Below are positions 1 to 10,530 of a DNA stretch of 64,000 nt, one piece after another. Below the pieces are notes generated by a model. The model was not told where the DNA came from. It searched no databases and saw nothing but the letters and a program-made list of their open reading frames with translations. Numbering within the stretch: position 1 is the stretch's first letter; each line of letters starts with the position of its first letter. The position numbers were made by a program, and so were the translations under genes. Location: NCBI GenBank assembly GCA_964514555.1, contig CAZERM010000003.1:5045-69044 (forward strand), in the 5' to 3' direction. This DNA is from an uncultured Lachnospiraceae bacterium (GTDB taxonomy: Bacteria > Bacillota > Clostridia > Oscillospirales > CAG-272).

Positions 1-504
1 AGAAAGCTTCATATAAACGGGCTTTTTAGTTACTGCTTTAACAGCTTTTGTAACTTCATAAGCCGCTTTGGGGTCTGTGCCGAAGCTGATGCCGCCGCCG
101 TGAACATTGGGGCAGCTGATGTTTATTTCAAGCAAGCCTACGCTGTCTACAGTGTCGAGCTTTTCGGCTGTTTCGGCATATTCTTTAACGGAAAATCCGC
201 CTACGTTAGCCATAACTTTTTTGTGGAATACTTTTTCCATCTTGGGAAGCTCTTCCGCGATAACTTTGTCAACACCGGGGTTCTGGAGACCTACCGCGTT
301 GAGCATACCGCAGGGAGTTTCCGCGATACGAGGTGTGGGGTTACCGAAGCGAGGCTCTGCCGTCGTTCCCTTGAAAGAGAATGTGCCGAGCATATTGATG
401 TCGTAAAATTCCGCCATCTCATATCCGAAGCCGAACGTACCGCTGGCAGGGATGATGGGGTTATCGAGTTCAACGCCGGAAAGCGTAACTTTTGTGTTTA
501 CCAT
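1..504 (-). CDS. pyrD: dihydroorotate dehydrogenase class 1B, catalytic subunit (C-terminal part lies outside the window)
   Basis: My translation of the minus strand from the ATG at 504 reads MVNTKVTLSGVELDNPIIPASGTFGFGYE...LEINISCPNVHGGG. AAGGAGGA RBS at 511-518. Overlaps the pyrK stop by 7 nt. Absent from the ORF track because it runs off the window edge. Confidence 0.9.
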   Translation of the reverse strand, partial: MVNTKVTLSGVELDNPIIPASGTFGFGYEMAEFYDINMLGTFSFKGTTAEPRFGNPTPRIAETPCGMLNAVGLQNPGVDKVIAEELPKMEKVFHKKVMANVGGFSVKEYAETAEKLDTVDSVGLLEINISCPNVHGGGISFGTDPKAAYEVTKAVKAVTKKPVYMKLS

Positions 505-1229
505 ATGATCTCCTCCTTAACGAGTACGGGGCCGTCTTTGCAAATACGCTTGTTGCCGTATTTTGTTTTGCACGTGCAACCAACGCAAGCGCCGAATCCA
601 CAGCCCATGCGTTCTTCAAAGCTGAACTGACCGGAAGTGGATGTAGCGTTATATACCGCTTTGAGCATGGGTTCGGGGCCGCAAGTGAAGAAGTAAGAAT
701 AACCTTCAACTTCCTTCATGGCGTCCGTAACAAAGCCTTTTGTGCCAACACTGCCGTCTGCCGTAGCAACGAGAACGCGCGCGTCCAAAGCTTCAAATTC
801 GTCTTTATAGAAAACTTCTTCCGCGGAGTTGAAACCGAGGATGACTGTAACTTTTTTGCCCTCTGCAATGAGCTTTTTAGCGCACATATAAAGAGGAGGA
901 ACGCCTACGCCGCCGCCGATGAGGAGCGGAGCATCGCCACTTTTGGAAAGGTCATAGCCGTTACCGAGGTATGCAAGGACATTGAGCTTTTCGCCTGCAA
1001 CCATCTTGCACATTTTTTCGGTGCCCTCGCCTACTACTTTGTAAACGAGAGTGAGGTTTTCGCCGTCGTTATCACAAACGGAGATGGGGCGGCGAAGGAA
1101 AAGTCCGTCAAGTTTGATGTTGACGAATTTTCCGGGGGCACAGCCTTCCGCTGTGCCCGAGATAATCATTTTATATGTGTTTTTTGCGATCTTTTCGTTC
1201 GATATTATCGTAAAAATACTTTCTGTCAT
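498..1229 (-). CDS. pyrK: dihydroorotate dehydrogenase electron-transfer subunit
   Basis: 243 aa with a ferredoxin-reductase-like fold and a C-terminal 2Fe-2S Cys cluster (CGFGACVGCTC). Lies between carB and pyrD. Confidence 0.9.
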   Translation of the reverse strand: MTESIFTIISNEKIAKNTYKMIISGTAEGCAPGKFVNIKLDGLFLRRPISVCDNDGENLTLVYKVVGEGTEKMCKMVAGEKLNVLAYLGNGYDLSKSGDAPLLIGGGVGVPPLYMCAKKLIAEGKKVTVILGFNSAEEVFYKDEFEALDARVLVATADGSVGTKGFVTDAMKEVEGYSYFFTCGPEPMLKAVYNATSTSGQFSFEERMGCGFGACVGCTCKTKYGNKRICKDGPVLVKEEIIW

Positions 1230-1240
1230 TTCGTATCCTT

Positions 1241-4200
1241 TCAGTTGATAGTGGAGATGCAGATCGTCTGCTCTTCAAGTACATCAAGGAGGACCTTGAG
1301 TGTATCAAGAGATGTGAATATGGAGACGTTGTTTTCTGTTGCACACTGACGGATCTGGAAGCCATCGGAGTTGGAACCTGTAGCCGCATCAAGATTTCTT
1401 GTGTTGATAACGTATGTTACATAGCCCTGGCGAATGGAATCGAGGATCTCTTCACTGCCTTCGCTGATCTTCTTTCTGATACGTGTGCGGATGCCGTGTT
1501 CTTTAAGGAATTCGGCTGTGCCTTCTGTTGCTTCGATATTGAAGCCCATGTTGTAGAAACGGCGGATAAGGGGAAGTGCTTCTTCTTTATCTGCGTCTGC
1601 GATAGTAGCAAGAACTGTACCGTAGTTCATTACCTGCATACCGGAAGCCTGGAGTGCTTTATAAAGAGCACGGTTGAGGCTGTCGTCATAACCGATAGCT
1701 TCGCCTGTGGACTTCATCTCGGGAGAGAGGTAAGCGTCGAGACCGCGGAGTTTGGAGAAGGAGAACGCGGGAACTTTTACGTAGTGGCGTTTCTTTTCTT
1801 CGGGGTAGATCTTTGTGATGCCCTGTTCGGGGAGAGATTTACCGAGGATAGCGAGAGTACCGATATCCGCAAGAGAGTAACCTGTGGATTTGGAAAGGAA
1901 CGGAACCGTTCTGGAAGAACGGGGGTTTACTTCGATGATGTAAACTTTTTCGTCCTTGTCAACGATAAACTGGATATTGTAAAGACCTACGATACCGATA
2001 CCGAGACCGAGGCGCTTTGTATAATCGAGGATAGTTTCTTTAACTTTATCGGAAAGTGTGAAGGAGGGGTATACGGAGATGGAGTCGCCGGAGTGTACGC
2101 CTGTACGTTCTACGAGTTCCATGATACCGGGAACGAATACGTTTTCGCCGTCGCATACTGCGTCAACTTCAACTTCTTTACCGGAGATATATTTGTCAAC
2201 GAGAACGGGCTTGTCTTCGTCGATCTCAACGGCTGTCTTGAGGTAGTGGCGGAGCATTTCTTCGTTTGCAACGATCTGCATAGCTCTGCCGCCGAGTACG
2301 AAGGAAGGACGAACAAGAACGGGGTAGCCGATCTCTGCTGCTGCCGCAACACCGTCTTCGATCTTTGTAACAGCTTTGCCTTTGGGCTGAGGAATGTTGA
2401 GTTCTTCGAGAACTTTTTCGAAGGAGTCGCGGTTTTCGGCTCTGTCGAGTGCTTCCGCATCTGTACCGATGATCTTAACGCCGCGTTCTGTAAGAGGAGC
2501 GGCAAGGTTGATGGCTGTCTGACCGCCGAGAGAAGCGATAACGCCGTCGGGTTTTTCAAGCTCGATGATGTTCATAACATCTTCGACTGTAAGAGGCTCG
2601 AAGTAGAGCTTGTCGCTTGTTGTATAGTCTGTGGAAACTGTTTCGGGGTTGTTGTTGATGATGATGGCTTCGTAACCGGAAGCTTTGATGGTCTTGATAG
2701 CGTGAACGGAGGAGTAGTCAAATTCTACGCCCTGACCGATACGGATAGGACCGGAACCGAGAACGATGATCTTCTTCTTGTCGGAAACGATGGATTCGTT
2801 TTCGTGTTCGTATGTAGAGTAGAAGTAGGAAACGTAGCTGGAGAATTCGGCGCCGCAAGTGTCTATCATCTTATAAACGGGGATGATACCGTTTGCTCTG
2901 CGGAAGTTGTAAACGTCGATCTCGGGGCAGTTCCAAAGTTTTGCGATGTATTTATCGGAGAAGCCCATCTTCTTTGCATCTTTAAGAACTTCTGCGTTCA
3001 TGGGAGCGTTCTTAACAACGGATTCCATAAGAACGATGTTTCTGATCTTTTCAAGGAAGAGCATATCGATCTTTGTTGCGCTTTCGATATGACCGATATC
3101 AACGCCGCGGCGGATAAGTTCTGCGATAGCATAGATGCGGTCATCTGTACCGATAGCGATGTAATCCATAAGAGCATCAACCGTGTAATCGTCGAATTTG
3201 CTCATGTAGATGTGGCAAACACCGATCTCGAGAGAGCGGATAGCTTTGAGCATACATTCTTCAAGTGTTCTGCCAAGGCTCATTACTTCGCCCGTTGCTT
3301 TCATCTGTGTGGAAAGCTTGTTGTTTGCAGCGGCAAATTTATCGAACGGGAAGCGAGGGAATTTCGCAACTACGTAGTCGATAGTGGGTTCGCAAGCAGC
3401 AGGAGCGCTTGCAAGCTGGATCTCATCAAGTGTCATGCCAACAGCGATCTTTGCCGTAACTCTTGCGATGGGGAAGCCGCTTGCTTTGGAAGCGAGCGCG
3501 GAGGAACGGGAAACGCGGGGGTTAACTTCGATGAGGTAATATTCGAAAGAGTGGGGGTCGAGCGCGAACTGTACGTTACAGCCGCCTTCAACTTTGAGCG
3601 CGCGGATGATCTTGAGTGCGCTCTCTTTGAGCATATTGCATTCTTTGCTTGTAAGAGTCTGTGTAGGGCAAACAACGATGGAGTCGCCTGTGTGGATACC
3701 AACGGGGTCGATGTTTTCCATGTTGCAGATAGCGATAGCTGTGTCATTTGCGTCGCGCATAACTTCATATTCGATCTCTTTGAAGCCCTTGATGCTCTTT
3801 TCAACGAGAACTTCGGAAACAGGAGAAAGTTTCAAACCGTTTTTAAGAAGTTCTGTGCATTCTTCGGGGTTATCGGCAAAACCGCCGCCTGTACCGCCGA
3901 GCGTGAACGCAGGACGAAGAACTACAGGGTAGCCGATCTCTTCGGCTGCTGCAAGACCTTCTTCGATAGTGTGAGCGATGAGAGAGGGAAGAACGGGTTC
4001 GCCGAGTTCTTCGCAAAGTTTTTTGAAGCCTTCACGGTCTTCCGCACGTTCGATGGATTCACTGCTCGTGCCGAGAAGCTCTACGCCGCATTCGCGCAAG
4101 ATGCCTTTTTTCTCGAGCTGCATAGCAAGGTTAAGACCTGTCTGACCGCCGATACCGGGAACGATAGCATCGGGGCGCTCGTAGCGAAGGATCTTCGCAA

Positions 4201-4420
4201 CATATTCGAGCGTAAGGGGTTCCATGTATATCTTATCTGCGATAGTCGTATCTGTCATGATCGTCGCAGGGTTGGAGTTTGCAAGTACTACTTCGTAGCC
4301 TTCTTCTTTAAGTGCAAGGCACGCCTGTGTGCCTGCGTAGTCAAATTCAGCCGCCTGACCGATAACGATAGGGCCTGAACCTATAACAAGTATTTTCTTT
4401 AAGTCTGTTCTCTTCGGCAT
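1241..4420 (-). CDS. carB: carbamoyl-phosphate synthase large subunit
   Basis: 1059 aa with duplicated ATP-grasp halves ([15 protein letters not shown] and [15 protein letters not shown]). Starts 2 nt after the carA stop. Confidence 0.97.
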   Translation of the reverse strand: MPKRTDLKKILVIGSGPIVIGQAAEFDYAGTQACLALKEEGYEVVLANSNPATIMTDTTIADKIYMEPLTLEYVAKILRYERPDAIVPGIGGQTGLNLAMQLEKKGILRECGVELLGTSSESIERAEDREGFKKLCEELGEPVLPSLIAHTIEEGLAAAEEIGYPVVLRPAFTLGGTGGGFADNPEECTELLKNGLKLSPVSEVLVEKSIKGFKEIEYEVMRDANDTAIAICNMENIDPVGIHTGDSIVVCPTQTLTSKECNMLKESALKIIRALKVEGGCNVQFALDPHSFEYYLIEVNPRVSRSSALASKASGFPIARVTAKIAVGMTLDEIQLASAPAACEPTIDYVVAKFPRFPFDKFAAANNKLSTQMKATGEVMSLGRTLEECMLKAIRSLEIGVCHIYMSKFDDYTVDALMDYIAIGTDDRIYAIAELIRRGVDIGHIESATKIDMLFLEKIRNIVLMESVVKNAPMNAEVLKDAKKMGFSDKYIAKLWNCPEIDVYNFRRANGIIPVYKMIDTCGAEFSSYVSYFYSTYEHENESIVSDKKKIIVLGSGPIRIGQGVEFDYSSVHAIKTIKASGYEAIIINNNPETVSTDYTTSDKLYFEPLTVEDVMNIIELEKPDGVIASLGGQTAINLAAPLTERGVKIIGTDAEALDRAENRDSFEKVLEELNIPQPKGKAVTKIEDGVAAAAEIGYPVLVRPSFVLGGRAMQIVANEEMLRHYLKTAVEIDEDKPVLVDKYISGKEVEVDAVCDGENVFVPGIMELVERTGVHSGDSISVYPSFTLSDKVKETILDYTKRLGLGIGIVGLYNIQFIVDKDEKVYIIEVNPRSSRTVPFLSKSTGYSLADIGTLAILGKSLPEQGITKIYPEEKKRHYVKVPAFSFSKLRGLDAYLSPEMKSTGEAIGYDDSLNRALYKALQASGMQVMNYGTVLATIADADKEEALPLIRRFYNMGFNIEATEGTAEFLKEHGIRTRIRKKISEGSEEILDSIRQGYVTYVINTRNLDAATGSNSDGFQIRQCATENNVSIFTSLDTLKVLLDVLEEQTICISTIN

Positions 4421-4422
4421 AA

Positions 4423-5514
4423 TTATTTGCCCTCCTTCATAAGAGCGATAAACTGTTCATAAAGATTTGCGCGACCGTTGGGGCCTGACATCGTTGTAGG
4501 CTCGAACTGAACGGCGATAACATTATCTTTTTCGCATTTGATACCTTCAATTGCTTTGTCGATGATGTCGATGTGTGTTACTTCAAGGTCTGTGCCGCAG
4601 ATGCTGTCATTATCGATAACATAGTTGTGGTTCTGCGCGCAAGTTTCGATGTTGCCTGTTGCAATGTCCTTGATAGGGTGGTTGCAACCGTGATGACCGA
4701 ATGTCATTTTGCTTGTCTTTGCGCCGTATGCAAGAGCGATGAGCTGGCAACCCAAGCCAACGCCGAAGATCGGGTATTTACCGCGGAGCGCTTTGATAAG
4801 TTCGATAACGCCTTTTGCATTTTCGGGGTTACCGGGACCCTGAGAAATGAGAATGCCGTCGGGAGACATAGCTGTAACTTCTTCTGCTGTTGTGCTTGCA
4901 GGGAGAACAGTAACATTGCAACCCATTTCGTTAAGTGTGTGAACAAGGCTCAATCTGATGCCGCAGTCGATAGCAACAACGGAAAATCTCGCGTTTGCTG
5001 TACGAGCATACCATTTCTTTTTGCAGCTTACCATGGAAACAAGGTCTGTGGGAAGAACAGTGTTCTTAATGGTCTCAACAGCTTTTTCCGTGGGAGTTTC
5101 GGCGTCTGTGATGATAACTTTGCAGCTGCCGCAGTCGCGGATGATCCTTGTCATCTCTCTTGTATCCATGCCGTAGATACCAGGAATGTGGTTTTCATCG
5201 AGGTATTCGGAAAGAGTTTTTGTATATCTGAAGTTGGAGGGGAAATCGTTGTATTCTCTTACGATGAGTGCGCCTATTGTAGGAGTTTTGGATTCGAAAT
5301 CCTCGTCTGTGATACCGTAGTTACCGATGAGGGGATATGTCATAACGATAGCCTCACCTGTATAAGAGGGGTCGGAAACTATTTCCTGATAACCCGCCAT
5401 AGAGGTGTCGAACACCATTTCGCAAACGCGTTCAACATCCTGCGCGCCAAAACCGAAGCCGTAAAATTCGGTTCCGTTTTCAAGCACGATTTTTTTGTTC
5501 ATTTTTCCTGCCAT
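4423..5514 (-). CDS. carA: carbamoyl-phosphate synthase small (glutaminase) subunit
   Basis: 363 aa with a class-I amidotransferase region ([10 protein letters not shown]...HGCNHP). GGAGG RBS 9 nt upstream of the ATG at 5514. An alternative ATG at 5502 forms an ATGA overlap with the pyrC stop. Confidence 0.93.
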   Translation of the reverse strand: MAGKMNKKIVLENGTEFYGFGFGAQDVERVCEMVFDTSMAGYQEIVSDPSYTGEAIVMTYPLIGNYGITDEDFESKTPTIGALIVREYNDFPSNFRYTKTLSEYLDENHIPGIYGMDTREMTRIIRDCGSCKVIITDAETPTEKAVETIKNTVLPTDLVSMVSCKKKWYARTANARFSVVAIDCGIRLSLVHTLNEMGCNVTVLPASTTAEEVTAMSPDGILISQGPGNPENAKGVIELIKALRGKYPIFGVGLGCQLIALAYGAKTSKMTFGHHGCNHPIKDIATGNIETCAQNHNYVIDNDSICGTDLEVTHIDIIDKAIEGIKCEKDNVIAVQFEPTTMSGPNGRANLYEQFIALMKEGK

Positions 5515-6764
5515 ACTATTTTACCTCCAAAAATTGTCATTTTTGAACGACCCGAGACTTTCTTTCCGTCGAACGGTGTCGCTTTTCCCATAGATAAGAA
5601 TTCCGAAGAATCTATTATGTACTCTTTATCAAGGTCGAAAATGCAAAGGTCTGCTCTTTCTCCGACCGATATTTTGCCGGAGCCGAGTTTGAATCTCTCT
5701 GCCGGCGCAACGCTCATCTTTTCGATGAGCTGTGAAAGGGGCATGATGCCTGTCTTAACAAGTTCCGTGTAAAGCACAGGGAACGCTGTTTCGAGTCCGA
5801 CAACGCCCATGGGGCTTTTTTCAAGCCCGCGGCTCTTTTCCTCTGCTGTATGCGGTGCATGGTCAGTAGCTATCATGTCGATAGTGCCGTCCAAAAGTCC
5901 TGCCAGCAAAGCTTTTCTGTCATTTTCGCTTCTGAGCGGAGGATTCATTTTGAATCTTCCGTGCTCCTGAAGGTCTGCGTCCGTCATCGTAAGGTAGTGC
6001 GGTCCTGTTTCACACGTTACATCGATGCCTTCTTTTTTCGCGTTTCTTATAAGCTCGACTGTTTCCTTTGTGGAAATGTGGCATACGTGGTACGAAACGC
6101 CTGTTTTGCGAACGAGCTCAAGGTCGCGTTCGACCTGTTTCCACTCGCTTTCGGAGCATATACCGCGATGTCCGTGAGCTTTTGCATATTCTCCGTCGTG
6201 GATATATCCGCCGCGGAGAAGGGAATTATCTTCGCAATGTGCAACTATCATCTTTCCAAGGCTCTTTGCTTTGAGCATTGCGGATGTCATCATGTCATCG
6301 TTCTGCACGCCGCGCCCGTCATCCGAGAAAGCAACGACGTGTTCAGCCATCGCATCCATATCGGAAAGCTTTTCGCCCATTTCCTGAACGGTTATCGTAC
6401 CGTAAGGATGAACGGCTATGCAAGCGTCGCGCTCTATGGCGTCGAGCTGTACTTGCAAATGCTCCATACTATCGGGGCAAGGCGAAAGGTTGGGCATGGA
6501 ACATACCGCGGTGTAACCGCCGTGTGCTGCCGCAAGTGTTCCGGTTTTTATCGTTTCTTTCGATAAAAAACCCGGTTCTCTAAGATGCACGTGAACATCA
6601 GAAAAACCGGGAAAGACGGCAAGTCCGCTAACGTCAACAACCGTCGCGTCTTTGTCGTCAATGTTATTAGCTATTTCTTTAATGCAGCCATCTTCGATAA
6701 GGATATCGAGAGGGGAAAGTTGCTCGTTTACGAAAGCATTTCCGCCTTTTATGATAAGCTTCAT
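5499..6764 (-). CDS. pyrC: dihydroorotase
   Basis: Amidohydrolase HxH motif (DVHVHLREPG). I trimmed the start to MKLIIKGG at 6764, which has a GGAGGA RBS at 6769-6774. The track ORF extends 20 codons further upstream without an RBS. Confidence 0.93.
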   Translation of the reverse strand: MKLIIKGGNAFVNEQLSPLDILIEDGCIKEIANNIDDKDATVVDVSGLAVFPGFSDVHVHLREPGFLSKETIKTGTLAAAHGGYTAVCSMPNLSPCPDSMEHLQVQLDAIERDACIAVHPYGTITVQEMGEKLSDMDAMAEHVVAFSDDGRGVQNDDMMTSAMLKAKSLGKMIVAHCEDNSLLRGGYIHDGEYAKAHGHRGICSESEWKQVERDLELVRKTGVSYHVCHISTKETVELIRNAKKEGIDVTCETGPHYLTMTDADLQEHGRFKMNPPLRSENDRKALLAGLLDGTIDMIATDHAPHTAEEKSRGLEKSPMGVVGLETAFPVLYTELVKTGIMPLSQLIEKMSVAPAERFKLGSGKISVGERADLCIFDLDKEYIIDSSEFLSMGKATPFDGKKVSGRSKMTIFGGKIVWQEK

Positions 6765-6787
6765 CGAATCCTCCTTTTCCGGGCAAC

Positions 6788-6816
6788 AAAAAAATGCCCT
6801 GCCACCGTGCGGCAAG
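6788..6816 (-). terminator. leader terminator (attenuator) of the pyr operon
   Basis: Minus-strand CUUGCC-GCACGGU-GGCAGG hairpin followed by GC and a U7 run, ending 24 nt before the pyrC start codon. Confidence 0.5.
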
Positions 6817-6866
6817 ACATACAAAAATAGCCTTTATATAAAAAATATAAATATAGATAAGCTACC

Positions 6867-6901
6867 AATCTTACCGGTCTCACGGTACCGTCTTAAAGAT
6901 T
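6867..6901 (-). promoter_or_regulatory. candidate PyrR-type binding hairpin in the pyr leader
   Basis: Minus-strand RNA AAUCUU-UAAGA-CGGU-ACCGUGAG-ACCG-GU-AAGAUU has the architecture of a PyrR anti-antiterminator hairpin: a 6-bp lower stem, a UAA-containing internal loop and an upper stem. The terminal loop does not match the canonical UCCAGAGAGG. Confidence 0.35.
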
Positions 6902-6916
6902 TTTTTCTTATATTAT

Positions 6917-6945
6917 ATTTTAGCACAGTAAGAGAATTTTGTCAA
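6917..6945 (-). promoter_or_regulatory. sigma-A type promoter of the pyr operon
   Basis: Minus strand reads TTGACA, 17 nt, TAAAAT, with a TGn extension. Confidence 0.55.
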
Positions 6946-7131
6946 TAGTTTTATAGGGTGGCGCGCGCCTCGTGTCGAAAAAATCCAAAAAATGCTTATT
7001 CACTTATAACTGTTCCATGTGGAAACCATACAGCGCTGAAAGTTTTACAAAGAGAAGCGTTTTAAGAGTGATGTTATTGTTGAAATTTTGTAAAAACGGA
7101 CTTAAAATCAGTTAAAAGTGCCGAAGAAGTA

Positions 7132-7160
7132 TAGACAAAATCGCTTTTGGGGTATATAAT
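7132..7160 (+). promoter_or_regulatory. promoter of the ABC-2/GldG-like operon
   Basis: TAGACA, 17 nt, TATAAT, about 100 nt upstream of the start at 7260. Confidence 0.45.
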
Positions 7161-7259
7161 AAATATGTTATTTTGTCATTTTAACATATAAAGATATTAC
7201 TGACGCTGTTCAATGACAAATAATAAACAAGAAAAATAAAATGGGAGGCTACTATCGGA

Positions 7260-8222
7260 ATGATAAAAGTAGAACACCTTGTTAAAAAATACGGAGACAG
7301 ATACGCCGTAAACGACATCAGTTTTGAAGTCGGCAAAGGCGAGATCGTCGGTTTCCTCGGACCTAACGGTGCGGGTAAATCCACAACGCTCAACATACTC
7401 ACGGGCTATCTTTCTTCCACCTCTGGCAAAGCTATGGTAGACGGACTCGATATCCTCGAGCATCCTATGGAAGTTAAGAAAAAAATAGGCTTCCTTCCCG
7501 AACAGCCGCCGCTTTATCTTGATATGACGGTGCGCGAATACCTCAACTTTATTTATGACCTTCGCAAATGCAAGCTCAACCGCCGCAAACATATCGACGA
7601 GATCATCCGCGTTGTAAAACTTGAAGGTACGGAAAACCGTATGATCAAAAACCTTTCCAAAGGCTATCGTCAGCGTGCGGGTATCGCAGGTGCCATCGTC
7701 GGCAATCCCGAAGTCATCATTTTCGACGAACCGACAAACGGTCTTGACCCCAAGCAGATAATCGATATCAGAAACCTTATCAAGGACCTTGGCAAAGACC
7801 ACACGGTCATCCTCAGCACACATATCCTTTCCGAGGTAAAATCCATCTGCGACCGTATCATCATCATCAATGAAGGCAAGATAGTTGCAGACCAGCGCAC
7901 GGGCAACATCGATACAGAGCTTCGCGGCAACCGCCGCATCTCTTTGCGCGTAGACGGTCCGAGCGACCGCGTGCTCGCCGAGATCAAGAAGCTTCAGGGT
8001 GTAGTCTACGCAAGCATCGGTGCAGAATATGCCGATGGCTCCGCCTCTTACCTCATAGAAAGCAAAAACGATATAGACATAAGAAAGCCTATGTTCTATA
8101 TGCTCGCAAAAAATTCATGGCCCATCCTTTCACTCGAATTCCCGGGTGCCAATATCGAGGATGTGTTCCTTTCCGTTGTTGAGGAGAGCGGCCATGTAGA
8201 ATACAAAGGGGGAAATAAATAA
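7260..8222 (+). CDS. ABC transporter ATP-binding protein (ABC-2 / GldA-like type)
   Basis: Walker A GPNGAGKST, signature LSKGYRQR, Walker B IIFDEP. First gene of a tightly packed four-gene operon. Confidence 0.9.
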   Translation: MIKVEHLVKKYGDRYAVNDISFEVGKGEIVGFLGPNGAGKSTTLNILTGYLSSTSGKAMVDGLDILEHPMEVKKKIGFLPEQPPLYLDMTVREYLNFIYDLRKCKLNRRKHIDEIIRVVKLEGTENRMIKNLSKGYRQRAGIAGAIVGNPEVIIFDEPTNGLDPKQIIDIRNLIKDLGKDHTVILSTHILSEVKSICDRIIIINEGKIVADQRTGNIDTELRGNRRISLRVDGPSDRVLAEIKKLQGVVYASIGAEYADGSASYLIESKNDIDIRKPMFYMLAKNSWPILSLEFPGANIEDVFLSVVEESGHVEYKGGNK

Positions 8223-8224
8223 CA

Positions 8225-8935
8225 ATGATCGCTATATATAAGCGCGAGATGCGCTCTTATTTCACATCGCCCATCGGCTATATATTTGTTGCCGTTTTCA
8301 TGGCGGTAAGCGCATGGTTTTTCATGTCTTACACGCTCCAGCAGGGCGAAAGCAGCAGCTTCGGCTCCTATTTCCAGATGATACTTATCCTTTTCATTGC
8401 TATCATTCCGCTTCTCACGATGAAGCAGATGAGCGAAGAAAGAAAATTAAAGACTGAACAGCTTATTTTGACAGGTCCCGTAACATTGACGGGCATCGTT
8501 ATGGCAAAATTCTTTGCTGCTTTCACTGTTTTCGGCGGTTCATTCCTCTTTTCTTCCATTATATATTATATTCCCCTTTCTCTTTACGGCAACCCTAACT
8601 CAGTGATCTATTTCTGCTGTGTATTTGCCATCCTTTTGGCAGGCGGCGTGTTCATTTCCGTTGGTATCTTCGCCTCCGCTCTCACAGAAAATCAGTTTAT
8701 CGCGGCATTCAGCACGATGGCTATGCTCATCCCCTTTATTTTCGCAAGCTATCTTAACAGCTATATCAACAACATCGCGATCCGCAAGATCCTTTCGGGA
8801 CTCTCCATCACATCTCGCTATGTTTCCTTTGCGGCAGGTGTGTTCGATTGGCCCGCGCTCATCTACTACGTTTCGCTTTCAGGTGTGTTCCTTTTCCTTA
8901 CGGTAAGGGTGCTTGAAAACCGCCGTTGGGCTTGA
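8225..8935 (+). CDS. ABC-2 type transporter permease (GldF-like)
   Basis: 236 aa polytopic hydrophobic protein. Starts 2 nt after the ATPase stop. Confidence 0.8.
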   Translation: MIAIYKREMRSYFTSPIGYIFVAVFMAVSAWFFMSYTLQQGESSSFGSYFQMILILFIAIIPLLTMKQMSEERKLKTEQLILTGPVTLTGIVMAKFFAAFTVFGGSFLFSSIIYYIPLSLYGNPNSVIYFCCVFAILLAGGVFISVGIFASALTENQFIAAFSTMAMLIPFIFASYLNSYINNIAIRKILSGLSITSRYVSFAAGVFDWPALIYYVSLSGVFLFLTVRVLENRRWA

Positions 8936-8958
8936 TAAGACAGGGAGGACCAGATCTA

Positions 8959-10530
8959 ATGAAAAATAAAATAAACAAAAGAAACCTTAAATACGGCGGC
9001 GTTGCTGCTGTATTTACCGCGGTGATCGTTGCGGCTGTTATATTCCTTAACATGGTAATAGCAGGCTTGGGCAACACATTCTCGTGGTATTTCGACCTTA
9101 CGGGCGCATCCGTTTACACTATGTCGGATGCTTTCAACAAAAACCTCAACGAACTTCTCGATGTAAACTTTGACGATTCCGAAGAAAACGACCTTTATTT
9201 CAACATCGTTCTTTTGATGGACGAAGATGCTTTCAGAGATTACAGCACATCGACATATTACATCTACCGTTCTCTTAAACAGGTAGTTCAGGATAACGAC
9301 CACATCGAGCTTGTTTCCATCAATTCCACACAGAACCCCGAATTGGTAAAGACACGTTACCAGAAAACATCTACGGATAACTACTCTATCACAGACGTTA
9401 TCATCGAGGTTGCGGACAAAGACCACAACTCCAGAAGCGAGATCGGCTACAAAAAACTCAGCACGAACTCCTTCTATATGACAGACTCCGACACGGGCGA
9501 AGTTTTCGCATACAATGCAGAAGCAAAGATCCTTTCCGTTTTTGCACAGCTCACAGGTAAAGTAAGCGAAGAAACAGCTCCTATCGTATACTACCTCCAG
9601 GGTCATGGCGAACCTACGCTCAGCGAAGCGAGCGATTGGACGGATATCTTCACGGATGCAGGCTTTGTTGTAAAAGAGATAAACCTTTTGAATGAGGATT
9701 TCCCCTCCACTATCACAAACGGTTCTATCGTATTCATCAACCTTCCCAAGACAGACCTTTTCGTTGATAACTCCGAAGGCGGTATCAGCGAAGTTAAAAA
9801 GCTCCGCAATTTTGCGGCAACAAACTACGGCAACGTATTTGTAACGATCGATGCCGAAACATCCTCTCTCCCTTCTCTCAATAACCTTATGAGCGAATGG
9901 GGCATTGGTATCGGCGGCATCATCACGGACGACAAACACTCCGTTTCCGGTTCCGGCGCTACAAAGATACTCGCGGACTACTCCGCTACGACAGGTAACA
10001 TAGCTCCTCAGCTTTTGAAGGGTGTTATCGGTTCTTCCACAACAAACAGCGCACCTACTATCTTTAATTCCCCCAGAGCAGTTTACGTTTATGACGATTC
10101 CAAGATAATGGTTCCCACAAACGGCAGAGCAACGGCGGAAGTTCTTCTTGCGCCCTATTCTTCCGCAACTGTAACAGGTGATGTTCCCAAGAGTGCAGAC
10201 GTAGGTCTTGCCTCCATCACGCTTATCGAAGGCGACGTAAACCAGGGCACGGAAACAACACATTACATCATGTGCATAGGCTCCTCCGATTTTGTAAACC
10301 CCGATTATGACAGCTCAAACTACAATAAGATGCTCGTATATTATGCTTTGAGCATGATGTGGAGCGGTTCTGTAACATTTGATGACATCAAATATAAGAC
10401 GTTTGATGACAACACTCTTTCCGTTACCACCGCACAGACAAATGCTTGGATGGCAGTATGCGTTATAGCTATCCCTGTTGCGTTCCTCGCCGCAGGCACA
10501 TTTGTTTGGGTAAGGAGAAGACATTCATGA
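8959..10530 (+). CDS. GldG-like ABC-transporter auxiliary protein (N- and C-terminal TM anchors, large external domain)
   Basis: Start trimmed to MKNKINKRNLKYGG, with a GGGAGGA RBS at 8943-8949. N-terminal TM segment, C-terminal TM WMAVCVIAIPVAFLAAGTFVWVRRRHS. Its position after the ABC-2 permease matches gldAFG-type operons. Confidence 0.6.
   Translation: MKNKINKRNLKYGGVAAVFTAVIVAAVIFLNMVIAGLGNTFSWYFDLTGASVYTMSDAFNKNLNELLDVNFDDSEENDLYFNIVLLMDEDAFRDYSTSTYYIYRSLKQVVQDNDHIELVSINSTQNPELVKTRYQKTSTDNYSITDVIIEVADKDHNSRSEIGYKKLSTNSFYMTDSDTGEVFAYNAEAKILSVFAQLTGKVSEETAPIVYYLQGHGEPTLSEASDWTDIFTDAGFVVKEINLLNEDFPSTITNGSIVFINLPKTDLFVDNSEGGISEVKKLRNFAATNYGNVFVTIDAETSSLPSLNNLMSEWGIGIGGIITDDKHSVSGSGATKILADYSATTGNIAPQLLKGVIGSSTTNSAPTIFNSPRAVYVYDDSKIMVPTNGRATAEVLLAPYSSATVTGDVPKSADVGLASITLIEGDVNQGTETTHYIMCIGSSDFVNPDYDSSNYNKMLVYYALSMMWSGSVTFDDIKYKTFDDNTLSVTTAQTNAWMAVCVIAIPVAFLAAGTFVWVRRRHS

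Noticed and set aside
1496-4378. A 960-aa ORF on the + strand, antisense to carB. Similar long antisense ORFs occur at 8956-10263, 21819-23519, 27113-29146, 42330-43628, 46418-47902, 56673-59183, 59198-60376, 60665-62107 and 62322-63977.
   Set aside because: Each lies opposite a gene with unmistakable conserved motifs. The translations are Cys/Phe/Val/Arg-rich low-complexity strings with no RBS. They are the expected by-product of sense-strand codon bias that avoids TTA, CTA and TCA codons, whose complements are stop codons.
6961-6975. GC-only palindrome GGCGCGCGCC upstream of the pyr promoter.
   Set aside because: It has no loop, so it cannot form a hairpin terminator, and there is no adjacent T-tract. 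A role as a protein-binding site cannot be assessed from one occurrence.
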